This document shows, piece after piece, positions 1 to 15,800 of a DNA stretch of 64,000 nt (position 1 is the first letter of the stretch; each line of letters starts with the position of its first letter). The DNA is from the human T2T-CHM13v2.0 reference genome, Homo sapiens. The notes beneath the pieces were generated by a model. It searched no databases. It was not told where the DNA came from and worked only from the letters and a program-made list of their open reading frames with translations. The stretch lies in assembly GCF_009914755.1 (NCBI RefSeq), contig NC_060940.1. The stretch is one strand, 5' to 3'. The position numbers and the translations under genes are program-made.

Positions 1-79
1 TGTACAATATTTCATGTAGTTGACAAGCCACAATATTTGTAAACATAAAACATTTCTCCCCTGGGAAATATTTTAGTGA

Positions 80-190
80 TCTCCTTCTTCCTTTCTCTCT
101 CTTCTTCTTTCTTCCTTCTTTCCTTCCTTTCTTTTCTCCTTCTCCTCCTCTTTGCTTTTCCCCCTACTCCCTTTTTCTCCATCTTCTGCT
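80..190. repeat. CT-rich low-complexity tract
   Basis: Near-pure pyrimidine run (cttcttcctttctctctc...). Confidence 0.8.
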
Positions 191-639
191 ATCAGAAAAA
201 AAAAAATTCCATGAGCACTTGGTAACCATCTACTTTATGTTGAATTATTTCCTAGGGTAAATTCTCAGTCAGTAGTAGGAGGAATATTTTTCCCATTGAA
301 TGTAGTTTGAGAAGCCCAATGACCAAATCATGAGATGTTGCCATTCTCTATGAAAATCACAAAGGATGACTCCCTAAATACATTTTATGTCTACAGAGAA
401 ACTGTATAATTCTGACATTAATTTCAGTTCCTTACAACTGCCTTCATTCCTTGGGGAGGGTACTGAAATGAGCTCCAGCTGGAGACTAAGTCAGCTCAAG
501 CCACTAAGTCATGGGCTGGTCTTGCACAAATTATTTTCTGTTTCTCTGTTTCTGTAAGCTTACAATTTATATATTGTATATTTTATAAACATACCTCATC
601 AGATAAGGTTATAGTGAAAAATATATCTGCTAGGGTATT

Positions 640-755
640 CACTTCATAAGGGAAGGCTTTTTTGTCTGTTTTGTTCACTACATACTATATCCCCAGCATC
701 TATAGCAGTGCCTGGCACATGGTGGGTGTATAATAACTGTTTGTTTCATGATTCA
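640..755 (+). mobile_element. L2 3' end fragment
   Basis: gtctgttttgttcact...cagtgcctggcacatggt resembles the L2 terminal consensus. Confidence 0.7.
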
Positions 756-1074
756 TTTTTTAAAAGATCTAGAAAAAGAAATCTTTACTCCAAAGGGTTT
801 GAAGCAGTGATTCATAAGTATTTTAAGAATAAATGTATCTTTCACACCTGTGTGCCTATAAATATAATTTCACAAATAATTCTAGTAAGTTCAGAGAATC
901 TAGAAATTTTTTTCTGTGCATACCAGGCAATGCTGGCATTAAAAATTTATTTTGAAAATCCTCTAAGTTCTAATTCACTTGACATTATCCTACCAAGTTA
1001 AAGAACCATGAAATAATAAGTAATTCATATCACTGCATTCATTTCTCATTATGGACTGTCAAAATTGACATTCT

Positions 1075-1200
1075 TGTTCCCGTTTTATAGAAGCAAATCT
1101 TAGACTCAGAAAATTTCAAAGAACTTATCCAAAGTGACACAATTCTTCAATAGAGAGCAGGGACTACAACCTAAATTTTCTAATTCAAGTCCAGTAGGGT
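1075..1200 (-). mobile_element. MIR fragment
   Basis: cccgttttatag...actcagaaa...ccaaagtgacaca matches the MIR core in reverse. Confidence 0.6.
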
Positions 1201-2216
1201 CTGCCTTAAATGCCTCCCACTGTCACCGTGTTGATTTGTATAACCTTTGTCTTCCTAGCATTTGATTGACGGCTACTGTTAGTACAGATCATCTGGGCTC
1301 CTTGTAGTGATGGACACATTTTCATGAGGCAAGGTCTTAGATGATTAAAACAAGGCAGATGCTAATGCCATCCTCACCTTCATCTGGAACTGTCTAACTA
1401 GAGTTCGTTAACTTGTCAGCCCTAGTTCCTTTTGAGCACCAGGCTGATATAATAAAATATTGCAAATCAATAGAAGCTTTAAACAAGCTTCATCTGTCTT
1501 TCTTTGTTACTTTTTTCCTTTCTTCTTCTTTTATTACTACTTCTTTCTTTGCCGCTTTAAAGGGAAAACTGCTATCCCTCTTATTGGCTGTACAATTCTG
1601 TTTTCTCTGTTTATTTTGAGTTGTTGGAAATTCAGGTACATCCAGCTTTTCCCAAATACACCTATTATTACCCCAAAGAGTAGGAAGCCGATCTTATCTA
1701 GATTCACTCAGCAAATCTAGAATCTCCCAAGAGACTCCAAATTTAGTACGTTAATTTTTCTTAAGTATAACATTGCTCAGTAACTATGTGGGTGAAGATC
1801 TGAAAGTTCTGCAGCACTGTTTCATTTATAAAAATAAAGGTAACGGTACTTTTGCCCAAGATTTGTGTGGAATCTAAAAACTTCCCCAAGTTAGTAAGGA
1901 AGGCACTGTGATAGTATCTACTAATGAAAATGTGAGCACAGAGATGGTTATAAAATACCTTATTTTTCTCTTCTTCATTATTATTGCTCATTTCATTTGA
2001 TTAGCAATTTCTAGACTCACTCAACCTCCATCTATAAAAGAAACCATTAGTCTTTGCCTATGTCTGCTAAAGCGAACTTCTTGTTCTGTCTCATCTTCAT
2101 TCCCTACTCAGTTTCTGTCTTCTCCAGCCCTTCTTACATTATTGAAATAATTGACTCTATCAGGTGGATTTCTCCAGTTGAACACATTTGGATTTGTCCT
2201 GTGGAAACACCATAAG

Positions 2217-2219
<3 letters not shown>

Positions 2220-2254
<35 letters not shown>

Positions 2255-2540
2255 AGGTGGAGTCTTCGTCTTTTGCCCCGGCTGGAGTGCCGTGAGTGGC
2301 ACAGTCTAGGCTGACTGCAACCTCCACCTCCCGGGTTCAAGCGATTCTCCTGCCTCAGCCTACTGAGTAGCTGGGATTATAGGCACCCACCACCATGCCT
2401 GGCTAATTTTTTGTATTTTTAGTAGAGATGGGATTTCACCGTGTTGGCCAGCCTGGTCTCGAACTCCTGACCTCAGGTGATCCACCTACCTCGGCCTCCC
2501 AAAGTGCTGGGATTACAGGCATGAACCACTGCTCCCAGCC
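2220..2540 (-). mobile_element. AluSx-like, full length
   Basis: Long poly-T, Alu body, TSD CACCATAAGTACTTT at 2208-2222 and 2541-2555. Confidence 0.95.
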
Positions 2541-3289
2541 CACCATAAGTACTTTAATATGCTAATTTATTTCAAACTATATGGGAATCAGTTCAAAGCA
2601 CATAGTCTCTTCCATGCACATCTTCATGCCGGAATTTGCTAGGCGCTTGTACCTCCACTCCCTTCTTCTCAGTCCTTTGTCCAAGGAATTCTTCCCTCAA
2701 AGAGTTCTCAGTCGGAAAGCATGTATAAGACAAGAAAATAAATGGATACCAAAATCAACAAGTGAAGTAAATTCCCAGAAAGCACTTGCAATAGTATATG
2801 ATAAGAAGTGGGAACTCCGTAAAAGAGGCAGAAAGGAAATACCTGAAAAGGTTAAGCAAGCGAGTAATAGCCTGGAGAGAAGAGTTACAGAAATGTTTCA
2901 TAGAAAAGGTGATCTTTGAGGTGAGCTTTTATGAATAGGCAAAATTTGGGTAAAGAGGTAGACCCATTTTTAAGAGCAGGGTGACATGAAAATCTCAGGA
3001 TATATTAGTCAGCAATTAATCCTCATTGTTGTAACAAATAGTTACAAAATTCTCGTTGCATGGCTCTGGCTTACCTGCAAAGCAAAGTAGAAAATGGAGA
3101 AGCTCCCAGGCAAGGCCAACAACGCCTGGTCTGTGCTGCACGTGAAGATATCTGAGCACGTGTGACCCCTGCTTTGCCCTCTTTGTCATTGCAATGGGGT
3201 TACTGGGAAAGCCTCTCCCATGGTGGTTGACAAGAGGGAAACTTTGGGAAATGTTCTCAGGAGTAACCCACATTATTTTCAGGCCTGAA

Positions 3290-3620
3290 AGATGCAAGGT
3301 TGGATAGAGAGAGAAGTTGGGCTGTGGTACGCTTACAACAGAGATCTCAACTGACCCTGCAGAAAGCTTTAAGATGAGGAGAACCCTTCTGTGTTGTCCT
3401 TACTCAGGACAAGGAGCTGAGGTCTTATGTCTCCACATTGACTAGTCATTGAATGTAGGCTCATTTCAGGAAGGGAGTATAATGTTGGGAGAGGTGCTGT
3501 CTTCAGCAGAAGGCAAGGCCTCTTAGTTTACAGCTCTCAGCCTCCAACTTCCGAGTGGCTGAAAGAATGAATGCTTCAGTTCCAAATAAAGGGATCTGAG
3601 CAGCAAATCCCATCGTCCTG
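3290..3620 (-). mobile_element. ERVL LTR16-like fragment
   Basis: gagaagttgggctgtg...ctgaccctgcag...actagtcattgaatgtaggct resembles LTR16-family consensus. Confidence 0.5.
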
Positions 3621-4034
3621 TATTTTCATTGAAGTAGCATTTCATAACCAGTAACAACTGTCTTCCCCTTAAAGTGTGGTTTAAATTTAAAGTTGGTGAC
3701 TTCCTTCTGACTTGTCAAGGCGTGGGCATACGCAATTTTTTCCTCTATGGTTATAGCTTCCAAACTGTTAGCTATATAGATACCTACTTTTTAAGATAAG
3801 TGAGACCTCAATCACAATTAACTCTGTAAGTTATTGAAAACCGGTTTGATGATGATCATCATCATCCTGTGTACACCTTGTGTGAGCTTGAGGTCCTATT
3901 GTAGGATTAATCATCAGAGCAGTATCTGCAGTCTGCAGTGCATTTCTTCTTCTTTATTTGTTTAGAAAAATCGCACTCTTCCTCCCAAAATTAACTTTAT
4001 TGTCAACTTGATAAGAAGATTTCTGAACAGAAAT

Positions 4035-4140
4035 AAAATAACCCTGATTTGTGGTGTTTGCCAATTACTGTGGTATAAATACTCACACTGTGGCTGATGC
4101 CAAGCTACAAACATGACATCATGGAATTGGAAGAAATAGT
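4035..4140. mobile_element. Non-autonomous hAT-type DNA transposon fragment (same family as 45760 and 58630)
   Basis: ccctgatttgtggtgtttgccaatt...tataaatactcacactgtggctgatgccaagcta motif shared with the two other copies. Confidence 0.55.
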
Positions 4141-7069
4141 AAAAATCATTTATACCTTCTCCAAAACACTCACTGTTCCCAAAACTTTCACCTCAATGAT
4201 TCTGTCCACTGGTATATCAACATGGTACTGGTGTAGTAATGATCCATTCCAGGTACGGACAAAAAAAGATAAATAAAACAACAAAAAACTTACTAAATGC
4301 CATATGGTTTTATCATCTTGTGCTGGCAATTTGTAAACATCATCAGTGATAAAGTACTTCTCCCAAATGGGGTGAATCATACCTATCCTCACCCTGCTTT
4401 TGGACACTGGTATATCCTCTCAAAGGCATTAATAACTATGTTATAATGCAAATATCACGTTATCTTTCTATGATTTTTCTAACCCAATAGACTGTGAATT
4501 CTTCAAGCTTATGTATTTGGGTACACAACACCTCGCCAAAATCCTTGGCATATAGTAGATGCTCAACACAGGTGCACTAACTTGTTAGTTGAAGTGACCG
4601 GTACAACCTAGTTAACTGAATCAGAACCATGAATTCAGAGGATAGTAGTAAAAAATCAAGTTCATGAAGTTTTTAATGAGCAGTATGTTTTGCCTAAGAC
4701 TCTATGATTCTCACTGTGGAATGAACCACATAGACTCCAGAATGTGTCTTTTCTTAAAGGCAATAGAGGCATGCAGTGAATAAAATGCACTGAGAGAAGC
4801 CCATAAAACAATATTCGTAAGTACAGAGAAAGGCAATATTAATGCCAATTTCAGGGGATCTGTTCAAGTTCACCGGAAGGCAGAGTTTTTAGCAATTTTT
4901 TAAAGGTTGAACATATCTTTAGGAGGTAGCAACAAGACAAAGGTCCAGGAAGAGGGTGTGATGCAGTGGGGAAGCATGCAGTCACCTTGTGCCGAACTTA
5001 ACAGGTCAAGAACTCCGTATGTGAATAATGGTGGAAATATGTGGAGTTACAGGTACAACTCTGTAAGGGCATTAGCCTGTACCAGCTATCATTGCGTACC
5101 AGGCTATGTGTGGACTTTGTCCTTGTGAATCTGGTAAAAGTTAATCATCAGGTCTCAGGAGTTCAGCAACCGACCATCATGAGCTATATAGTATTAGTCT
5201 GCAGCTCTACCTGAGAGCAGCCCAGAAACCAAATACGAATATATCAGACATTATCCCAGAGAGAAGGCTCAGTCAAGGATCTGCAGCTGGGACCTGCATA
5301 TCTTAATTCCCCTGTTCCTGGGGAAGTTATCCAATAGCTACTGAAATACAAGATGGAAGGTATCCTCTCTGTACCATAGCTAAAGGATTGCTCACAAAAA
5401 TGAAAGTGCAATTACAGAAAAATTATCCTTGGGCTATGACCACATCTCCTGAGTATTTTATTGCCACCACGACTCATGATTTCAATTCTCAGGACTGAGT
5501 ATCTCTGCTGAACCCAAATTTAAATTCTTAATATGAGAAGCTGCGCTTTCCAGTCGTGTGTCAATGCAAAGTGAGTGGATTTGGGTTTAACTCCCTTGGA
5601 CTGAGTGCAATTATATGTTGGGAGGGGACTAACAAGGTAGCCCATGTAACAATACTGTCGTAATTATGTGCAATATTTTCATTTTTACTTCTGATCAACC
5701 GCAAGAGTAGATTGAATGCTATTGTTCAGTTTGCACTTAAAAATGATGATTTTTTTATACCTGGAGTTTAACATCTGAGTTTTTGTTTAAAGGAAAAATT
5801 GTCCTTGCCTTTGAAAGTTAGGGTCATGTTAAAATATTTACTAATTCTCATAAAATATTTTTTTTCTGAGCACGGTTGAAAATAAAAATATCTTGGTCCT
5901 GTCCTTTGAATAATGTCAAGATTGAGTGTACCTCTGGAGAAATGTTGATAGAGACTCAAAGCAATACCACTCTCCCTTGTCACTTTTCTCTGTGTACTGT
6001 GGACAAGTTGCTCAACCTCATTCAAACTCAGTTTTTCTCAACAAAATTTGATATCACCATAAAGGAGGAGACTCGGTTGCCTTTGTTTTTATTATTAAAA
6101 GGAAGCATTGAGTCTAACTGATATGAAACATTTCTGCATATGCCTAAGAACTTATGAAGCTCATAGGATAAGAATTCTTGGCAATCCAAATAATCTCACA
6201 TTGTCTCTAATCTGTTATAATGCTGCTCTTGCCTCATAACTTTTGTTCTTTGTATTCCTTAAAAAGACCTAAGAGAGCTCAAGATTATGGGGTGCTGCCA
6301 AATATAACACTAGTCTTCTATTTTTATTTTTAAATAAAACTTTGTAATTGGTAAAGTCACAGAATCAGTGTGCATATGATCAAAGTCTATAAAATAATGA
6401 ACCATGCATAATTGCAACAGAGTTACCAAGGAAGGCTGTAAGGATGATCTCACTGGTGCAGCCAATACCCCAGTAATCAATATGGATGCCTGGGTGACAA
6501 CTCCTTCCTTCCTAACTTTCACAGCTTGCCTGACTGGGATAGCCAAGGAAGGCATCTGTGAAGAGGCAGCATCTTTAGAGTTTATGTGGGAAGTGCACTC
6601 TAGGTAAGACAGATGCTATATACAAAAGCAGGAAAATGTAAAATTTGTTCGTAAAGAGCAACTAGTTGCATTTGATCTAAAGTAGATGATTCCAGTACAA
6701 AAAGGAAATTACAGAAGTTTTCTCAGCTCCAATTTTAGAGAGCCTTTAATATCATGCTAAGAGGGTAGAGTAGACCACATTCCACAAAGAAGAAACAGTA
6801 TTTTATTTGTTCATTCCTTCTTACAAAAAATATCCACCTAGTACCTACTCTGTACTAGCTTAAAGGTAACTTTTGAAAAAAAAAATTTTATAATGCCTAG
6901 TCAAGAAGCATATCTGGATGGAATGAAGGAGAATGAGACTTCAGGGCAGGAAAGAAGGCAAGTTAGGATACTATTGGGATGGTCCAGATAAGAGAGAGCA
7001 CCGTCTGAAGGGTCTGGCTTATAACAAAGAGGAAATAATCTTTGAGACCAAACAGAAAAGTGTAGCCTC

Positions 7070-7745
7070 AAGAAATATTCTTTGTCATCCTAGTGGTTGC
7101 TTTAGAATTTGTAGTATACATCTTTAACTTATCACAGTTCACGTTAAATAATATTATAGCATTTCATACATGGTATAAGAACCTTACAGTAAAACACTTT
7201 CATTTTCTCCTTTCCCAGCCTTTGCACTACTGCTCCTCTGGTTTTTAGTTGCTCATAGGTTGTAAACTCTACATTACATTGCTATTATTTTTTACTTTAA
7301 ACAATCAATTTTCCTTCTAAACATAGAAAAAGGCATATTTTTCCACATATACACCACTTTCTGTGCTCTTCATTCCTTTGTGTAGATTCATATATGCATC
7401 CAACATTATTTTTGGTTTGGATGAAGGACTATTGAACATTTCTTACAATGAGGTTCTGCTGGTGATGAATTCCTTCGCCTTTTGTATGTGCATCTGAAAA
7501 AGTCTTACTTTTGCTTTCAATAATGGGAGATATCTTCACTGGATACAGAATTCTGAGTTGACAAATTTTATTTTTCTTTGAGCATTTCAACGGTTCACTC
7601 CATTATCTTCTGACTTGCATTGTTGCTAACAAGACATCTGCTGTCATTCTTCTCTTTTTCCTCTGTGTGCCATGTGTCTTCTTCCCTCTAGCTGCTCTCA
7701 AGAATTTATTTTTATTAGTGGTTTTGAGCAATTTGATTATGATAA
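7070..7745 (-). mobile_element. Old L1M fragment (ORF1-side)
   Basis: atctttaacttatcacag...ttctgctggtgatgaattcc...actggatacagaattctgagttgac typical of antisense L1M. Confidence 0.7.
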
Positions 7746-7934
7746 GAAACATTTTTGAGTGGAGAATCAAGGGAAGGTTGAAACAGATAAGACGTCAATG
7801 CTGGGAAAAAAGGTTAATTGTGAGACTGGTTGTTCCTTATTTGAGCCTGATAATAACAATCTCTTCAGGTACAGGACAAATGTCATGACAGAATGCACTT
7901 TAAAAGAAAAATAATAGCTAACACTTGAAGATTG

Positions 7935-8200
7935 CTATATATACCTATGTGTGTGGGTGTGTATATATACATACACATATACATATATATGCACATACAC
8001 ACCCACACACACATACATAAAGATAGTGTTCATACATATAAGATCTAACTTCTAAGATATATAAGATCCTATTCTAACATATATAATATGTTGCATATAT
8101 TAGAATATATATTTGAACAGTATCTCATACAAAGTATGTTTACACAAAGTAGGTGCTCTTTAAATGTTAACTATTACATAAATGTACACACACACATTTT
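7935..8200. repeat. Mixed (TA)/(CA)/(TG) microsatellite region
   Basis: Dinucleotide runs read directly. Confidence 0.75.
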
Positions 8201-8253
8201 ACACTAAAAACAATTCTATGATGTAGGTAGTATGATAATCTTCATTTTACACA

Positions 8254-8566
<313 letters not shown>

Positions 8567-8629
8567 TAACATAACAGCCCATGATTCCACTCTTTCAATC
8601 TCGTTTCTTTTAACTTTGAACCATTCTTT

Positions 8630-8780
8630 GCCAATTACTTTACCTACCTGTGTCTCAGTTTCTTCATTTGCATCATGAAGCTAATAATAAAACCAAAAGG
8701 CTGTTTTGAGTATTAAATGAGATAATTCATTTGAAAAGTGCTCAGCATAGCGCCAGACGCGGGAGAGTGCTCAGTAAGAG
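8630..8780 (+). mobile_element. MIR
   Basis: tgtgtctcagtttcttcatttg...attaaatgagataat...gtgctcagtaa. Confidence 0.7.
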
Positions 8781-10069
8781 TGAGGAGGTGGTACTGTTAT
8801 CGCTGCTGTTTTATGCTTTCTTCTGCCTGCGAGTTCCCACTTGGTTCATTCAAAGCACCCACACTGTCCTACAAAGCCAAGTTAGCATGCAGCCTACTGC
8901 CCTGATCATGCAGTCACAATCTCTGTTTCTGCTAACAGTCAGTAAACACAATTTAGCATCTCGATGGGTTTCATTGCTCCACATAGGCTCATTTAGACTT
9001 TTCAACTAGATTAACTCATCACTCATTCAATTCGTGTGCTGTCTGAGGACACACCAGGTGCCAAGGACTGTTCTGGTTTACTAGGGTTAGAAAGGTAAAT
9101 AAGAAAGATAAAAATTAAATCCCTGCCTCATGGATCTTATGTATGGGGGTGGGGGAGACAAACAAAAATAATATAAATAAGTAAAATATGTGGTATGATA
9201 GATGAAAACAAGGGACATAGATACAAATAAAGCACAGAAGGGAAATAGGAAGTGTTGGGGATACCATATATTTTGGATACCGAGGTCAAATTTCACTGTG
9301 TGGGCAGGATTATCTCACCCATTTCAGAAGAGAGGAAACTGATGCTCAGAGAAGGGTGGTGAATTTTTTCATTTCATGCAGCATTGGTTTAGAGACAAGA
9401 TAGAAATCAAGATTCTCCAACTTACAGTCCAAGACATATTTCTGTAGCGGGCAGAAGCTGAACTCTATTTGTGCTCCTAGGTGGAAAACAATGGTCCTGT
9501 AGTCCTCATCACCATTTCCCATGTCTGAAACTGTCTTTGTCTACCTCTTTTCAGTTCTTCTCAACTTCATAACCTATTCTTGCTGTATCTAAAAAGCATT
9601 AATGATCCACTGGCATAAGAATTTTGGGTTAGCTCAAGCCAGGTAGGATAGACTTGACCATATGTTCGTGCAAGTTACAAACAGCCATCCCCTTAGGGTA
9701 TACACTTGCAGCACCCATGGGTGTGTGGTTGCAGAACACAGGGTAAATTTCAGCCCTCAGCCACTTCCTGCAGGGACTTTTGTACAGCGTACAACCTTTA
9801 CCACCATAAATGGAGGCTTTTTGTATTTCACACATCATTTAACTAGTGAAAGTTGCATAATAGATACTCAGTGAATCATGGATGATTGAATTCTTTCTCA
9901 TTTTTCATTTCCTATATGATTCAGATCCTTTATATTTCAGCTCATGGTAAAGGACAAAAATTATTTGTCAAATATTGATTGAGCACCTACTATATGCCAG
10001 ACACCGGTCTAGGCACAGGGGTACAGCTGTGGAAAACTGACAAAAATCCCTGCATTTATGGGGCTTACA

Positions 10070-10340
10070 TTTATAATATATATTTATATATCATTTGTCT
10101 CTTCTTAATAGAAAAGTATATAGAGGTATGTATATATACATACATGCACATATACTATATACTATAAGTATATATACTTATGTATACATATACATATACA
10201 GATATATACTTTATGTGTATTATATATAGTGTATTGTATACATGTTTATATACTATATATGTGTAGTATATATAGAACACCATATATATGCTTATATACT
10301 CTATGTCTATTATATATAGTAATGTATATATTTAGTATGT
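10070..10340. repeat. (TA)/(TATG)-rich low-complexity tract
   Basis: Read directly. Confidence 0.8.
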
Positions 10341-10431
10341 TAGATTGTGATATTGCCAAAAAAAAAAAGAGTAAAATAAAGCACAGGAGGGGAAATGAAG
10401 TTTGAAGGATGTTTTAGAAATACTGGGTAGA

Positions 10432-10718
<287 letters not shown>

Positions 10719-10803
10719 AGGAAATAGTGGGTAGAGTGGCCAGGACAGGGCTCATGGAGTAGGTGACTTGTGAGGAAAGGTCTGAGGAAAGTGAAAGAAC
10801 TGC

Positions 10804-11263
10804 TGTGGAAGACAGAACAAAGGCCCCAGGATTGTTCACATTCTACTCCTTGGAACCTGTGAATGTGTTACCTTATATGGCCAAATAGACTTTGCAAATG
10901 TGATTCAAGTTAAGGATTTTGGATTATGTTGGTGGGTCCAATGTTATCACCAGGGTCCTTATGAGAGGGAGGTAATGTGTCAGAGCCAGAAAGGGATTTG
11001 AAGATGCTACGCTCCTGGCTTTGAAGATGAAGGAAGGGTCCATGAGCCAAGGAATGCAGGCAGCCTTTAACAGTTGGAGAAGGCAAGGATACCTTCTCGT
11101 GTACATCTTCCAGAAGGAACACAGTTCTGATGACACCTTGATTTTAGCACAGGAAGGTCTGTTTGGGACATTCGACCCCAGAAATGTAAGATAATAAATG
11201 TGTGTTGTTTTAAGTCGCTGAGTTTGTTATGACTTGTTATAGCAGCCATTGGAAACTAATACA
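10804..11263 (+). mobile_element. MLT1D-like MaLR solo LTR
   Basis: TG...CA termini, ggctttgaagatgaaggaagg, end ...gcagccattggaaactaataca. Confidence 0.85.
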
Positions 11264-11822
11264 GCAATTCTGTGGCTATCTGGCGGAAGAGATACCCAGG
11301 CAGGGAGACCAGCAAATCTGCAGGCTCTGAAGTGGGGGTGGGTCTGGTGTGCTCCAGGATGCCAGTGTGCCTGGACTGAGCTGGAGTGAGTCAGGGGAGC
11401 TTGCAGTAACAGGGGCAGAGTGCAGATGACATGAGATTACATGACACACTGTAACCCGGAACAAGGACACTGGCTTCACTCCAGGTGCTAGGAGATCGCA
11501 CTGGAAGCTACGAAGCAGAGGAGGGACATCACCCAGTTCACGTTTCAACAGGACCGCTCTGGCCACCCTGGGGGAGGGTGGTGAGGAAGAGGATGTAGAG
11601 GTATAGTCAGGAGATGTGGAGCAGTTAGGAGGATTGTGTTTTGATCCAGGAAAAGATGATTTTGGCTTGGACCAAGGTGGTGGGAATTGGATAAGGGTAA
11701 GAGGGTAAGAAACAGTTATATTGTGAATGTATTTTGAAGATGGAGGTCATTAACCAGAAAAGGGTAAATGTGATACATGTAGGCTGAACTGGAGGAGACA
11801 GTGAATAAAATTCCTTTGCTAA

Positions 11823-12151
<329 letters not shown>

Positions 12152-12161
12152 TTAACTGAAC

Positions 12162-12460
12162 TTTTTTTTTTTTTTTTTTTTTGAGACAGTCTGGCTCTGT
12201 TGCCCGGGATGAAGTGCTGTGGCGTGAACTCAGCTCACTGCAACCAGTGCCTCCAGGTTCAAGCAATTCTCCTGCCTCAGCCTACTGAGTAGCTGGGACT
12301 ACAGGCACGTGCCACCACGCCCGGCTGATTTTTATATTTTTAGTAGAGATGGGGTTTCACCATGTTGGCCAGGCTGGTGTCGAACTCCTGACCTCAAGTG
12401 ATCCACCCACCTCGGCCTCCCAAAGTACTGAGATTACAGGCATGAGCCACCGTGCCCGGC
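12162..12460 (-). mobile_element. AluSz-like
   Basis: Poly-T then a full Alu, directly adjacent to the previous one. Confidence 0.93.
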
Positions 12461-12499
12461 TAATTAAACTTTTAATGTGGAAAGACAGCACATGCAGGA

Positions 12500-12730
12500 G
12501 ATAAGAGGTAGAGTGGGTGATGGTCCAGGCTCTGAGTGGAATGGCCTGTGTTCAAATGCTGGCTTCTCTAACTTACCAGAATTACGTATGTCCTTGAGCA
12601 GAGTGTTTAACCTTCCTGTGCCTCACTCTCCTCATCTGTAGTATGGGATACATCACAGAAATTGTGTATCAAAGGGGGAAAATGTTTGCAAGACTTAGTG
12701 CCTAATTCACAGTAAGTGCTCAAAAAATGC
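12500..12730 (+). mobile_element. MIR
   Basis: gttcaaatgctggct...gtgcctcactctcctcatctgta...agtaagtgctcaa. Confidence 0.7.
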
Positions 12731-13923
12731 ACACAGTCAGTGCTCTGTCATTTTCTAGAACACATTGATGTTTAAAAAAATTTTCCTACTTGTAAAACAG
12801 TCAAAGAGTTCAGTGTGAAGTATTTGCAAAAAATTTGAAATAAAAAATTACTCCTTTCCTGTGGGGCAAGTTCACAGAATAGCTGGTATGCTGACAATTT
12901 TCTCTTGGTCCCATAATAGTTTTTCAGAGTTTCATTATAAAATAGTTGCTGTATTTGCCAATGCAGACTTTGAAGAAGGAGACTGATCCTTCTGGCTTTT
13001 AAAGAAGAATGAGTATTACACGACCATTGAATATTTATAACACTCTCTTCTCTTTTTAAAGCTGTTGTTGTTTTACCATCCTAACATCAAAACCACTGGG
13101 CCCAGGGAAACCTCAGATGTGGGAGAATATCAAATGTGGAACTTTTCCTTGTTTTTCCTGGTGGATCTGACACACCTTGGAACCTTCAAAGAACACAGTA
13201 ATCAATGACGTGGGGAGACGTGAGACATCGCATACATTATTGTGAAGAATTTATTAATGTAAACTGCATGGTGTGGAATAGAGGTTGGGGCTGAATGAAA
13301 ATGTGAGGCTCTGTAATGCGACAAAAAACACAGAGCAGAGAGAAGAGAGAGGCCAATGAAAGACACTTTGCTGATTTGGGACTTCACTAAAGAGAGCCAC
13401 ATAAAAGAGAAATTATTGTTTAAGTAGGTTAAGGCAACCCTAGTGTTTTAATTAAAATGTCTTTAGCAAAAAAGGAAGAAGAATAGTACTTGAGGTTTGG
13501 GGAAGGCTTCAGTGAAAGAAGAAATGTACCAGGCGGTGGCGGGGGTGGGCGGGGGAAATAGTGTAATTTAGGTTAAATATTGTGAATAACTCCCCAAGCC
13601 GAATAATGTTGAATTTCAGTCGTAGGAGATATTTAAGAATTGGTTGAACAAAGGGGGCAATTGACTTTGGTGGTTAGTGTGGGAGACAGCTTTCTAATTT
13701 TAGAGTTTGCAGCCATAACATTATGAAGCTAACGAACAAAAACAAGCCATGTAGATAAAACCAGGAGAAATAAGGATCTGAAAAATGGACCAAATCGATC
13801 GAGTTCTGGCAATGAGTGCTTCCTTTTCGTAAATACAAGGGCAGTGCTCTGCATCTTCTCCCTCTCTCATTTTCTCTGAGAAAGGAACGTGCCATTCTTT
13901 TTTCTCTCTCTCTTTTGGCATTC

Positions 13924-14060
13924 CTTTTTTTAACTTTTAAGTTCCGGGGTACACGCACAGGATGTGCAGGTTTGTTACATAGGTAAACGTGTGCCATGGC
14001 GGTTTGCTGCACCCGTCAACCCATCACCTAGATATGAAGCCCAGCATGCATTAGCTATTT
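13924..14060 (-). mobile_element. Short 5'-truncated L1PA 3' end
   Basis: aacttttaagttccggggtacac...gtgcaggtttgttacataggtaaacgtgtgcc. Confidence 0.85.
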
Positions 14061-14959
14061 TAAGAGGAGGATCGATTTCACCCTTTTTGGAAAACTCAAT
14101 TTGGGGCCTGCTTTCCCCAGGATCACCGTAAGATTCTACCTGAAGAGCTGAGTTTTCCTAAGAATGAAAAAGCAAAGAGACCCCTGGTTTTGTATTTGAT
14201 ACAAAGTCAAACGCTGTTTTTCTCTGAGTCTGTCCTGGAATAATCCAGTGACATCCACCATCATCTGCATCTCCCATGGAACCACCACATGTGAAGTCGA
14301 GGCTGAGCGCAGGGTGGCTGCACCATCCACATCAACAGCCAGCACTGCCTTCTGCCAGTTTATGAGGCAATTCGGCTGCCAGGGAGAGGAGAACAGTGTC
14401 CCTTCCAATCCGATGAGTAAATGCCTCAGGTGTTAGGTAAAACCCCAAGGTTTTTCTCTTCTCTGGGGCCACCCTCAGGAAAGGAAAACTCCAAAAACTT
14501 CTTTGGGAAAAAGAAAAAAGAGGTTGCCATGTGATATTAGATGGCATGAATTAAATAGATACTACTTATTAAAGTTAAAAAAAAAATAAAGCCTGCATTT
14601 GCATGGTAATGGGACCTGGCAGATGAAACCAGAAGTTGATAGAAACCACCCCCAAATCATCATTTAACCTGTACTGAAGAATGACGCACATAATGTACAA
14701 CAGGCAGCCATTGTCATGTGTGTGTATGTCTGTGTGTATCTGTGTTATCAGGCAGGTAGTGAAGACCAGGAGGGAGAAAGTAGTGAGTCAGCGAAGATGG
14801 TATCCCAGTTAGAGAAACGACACAATGAAGGCATGAAGTCATGAGACAGTGTGGCATGTTTGGGCAACACAGATGTGGTTGGGACCACAAAAGTTGTGAT
14901 CAAGGAAATGTGTTGGAACAATGTCCGCCTTCACAAGATTAAATTTGTTTCCAGTGATG

Positions 14960-15800
<841 letters not shown>

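Noticed and set aside
14783-14792. Isolated ARE/AP-1 motif GTGAGTCAGC (similar at 19425-19434)
   Set aside because: Single short motifs are expected by chance in 64 kb and lack supporting context.
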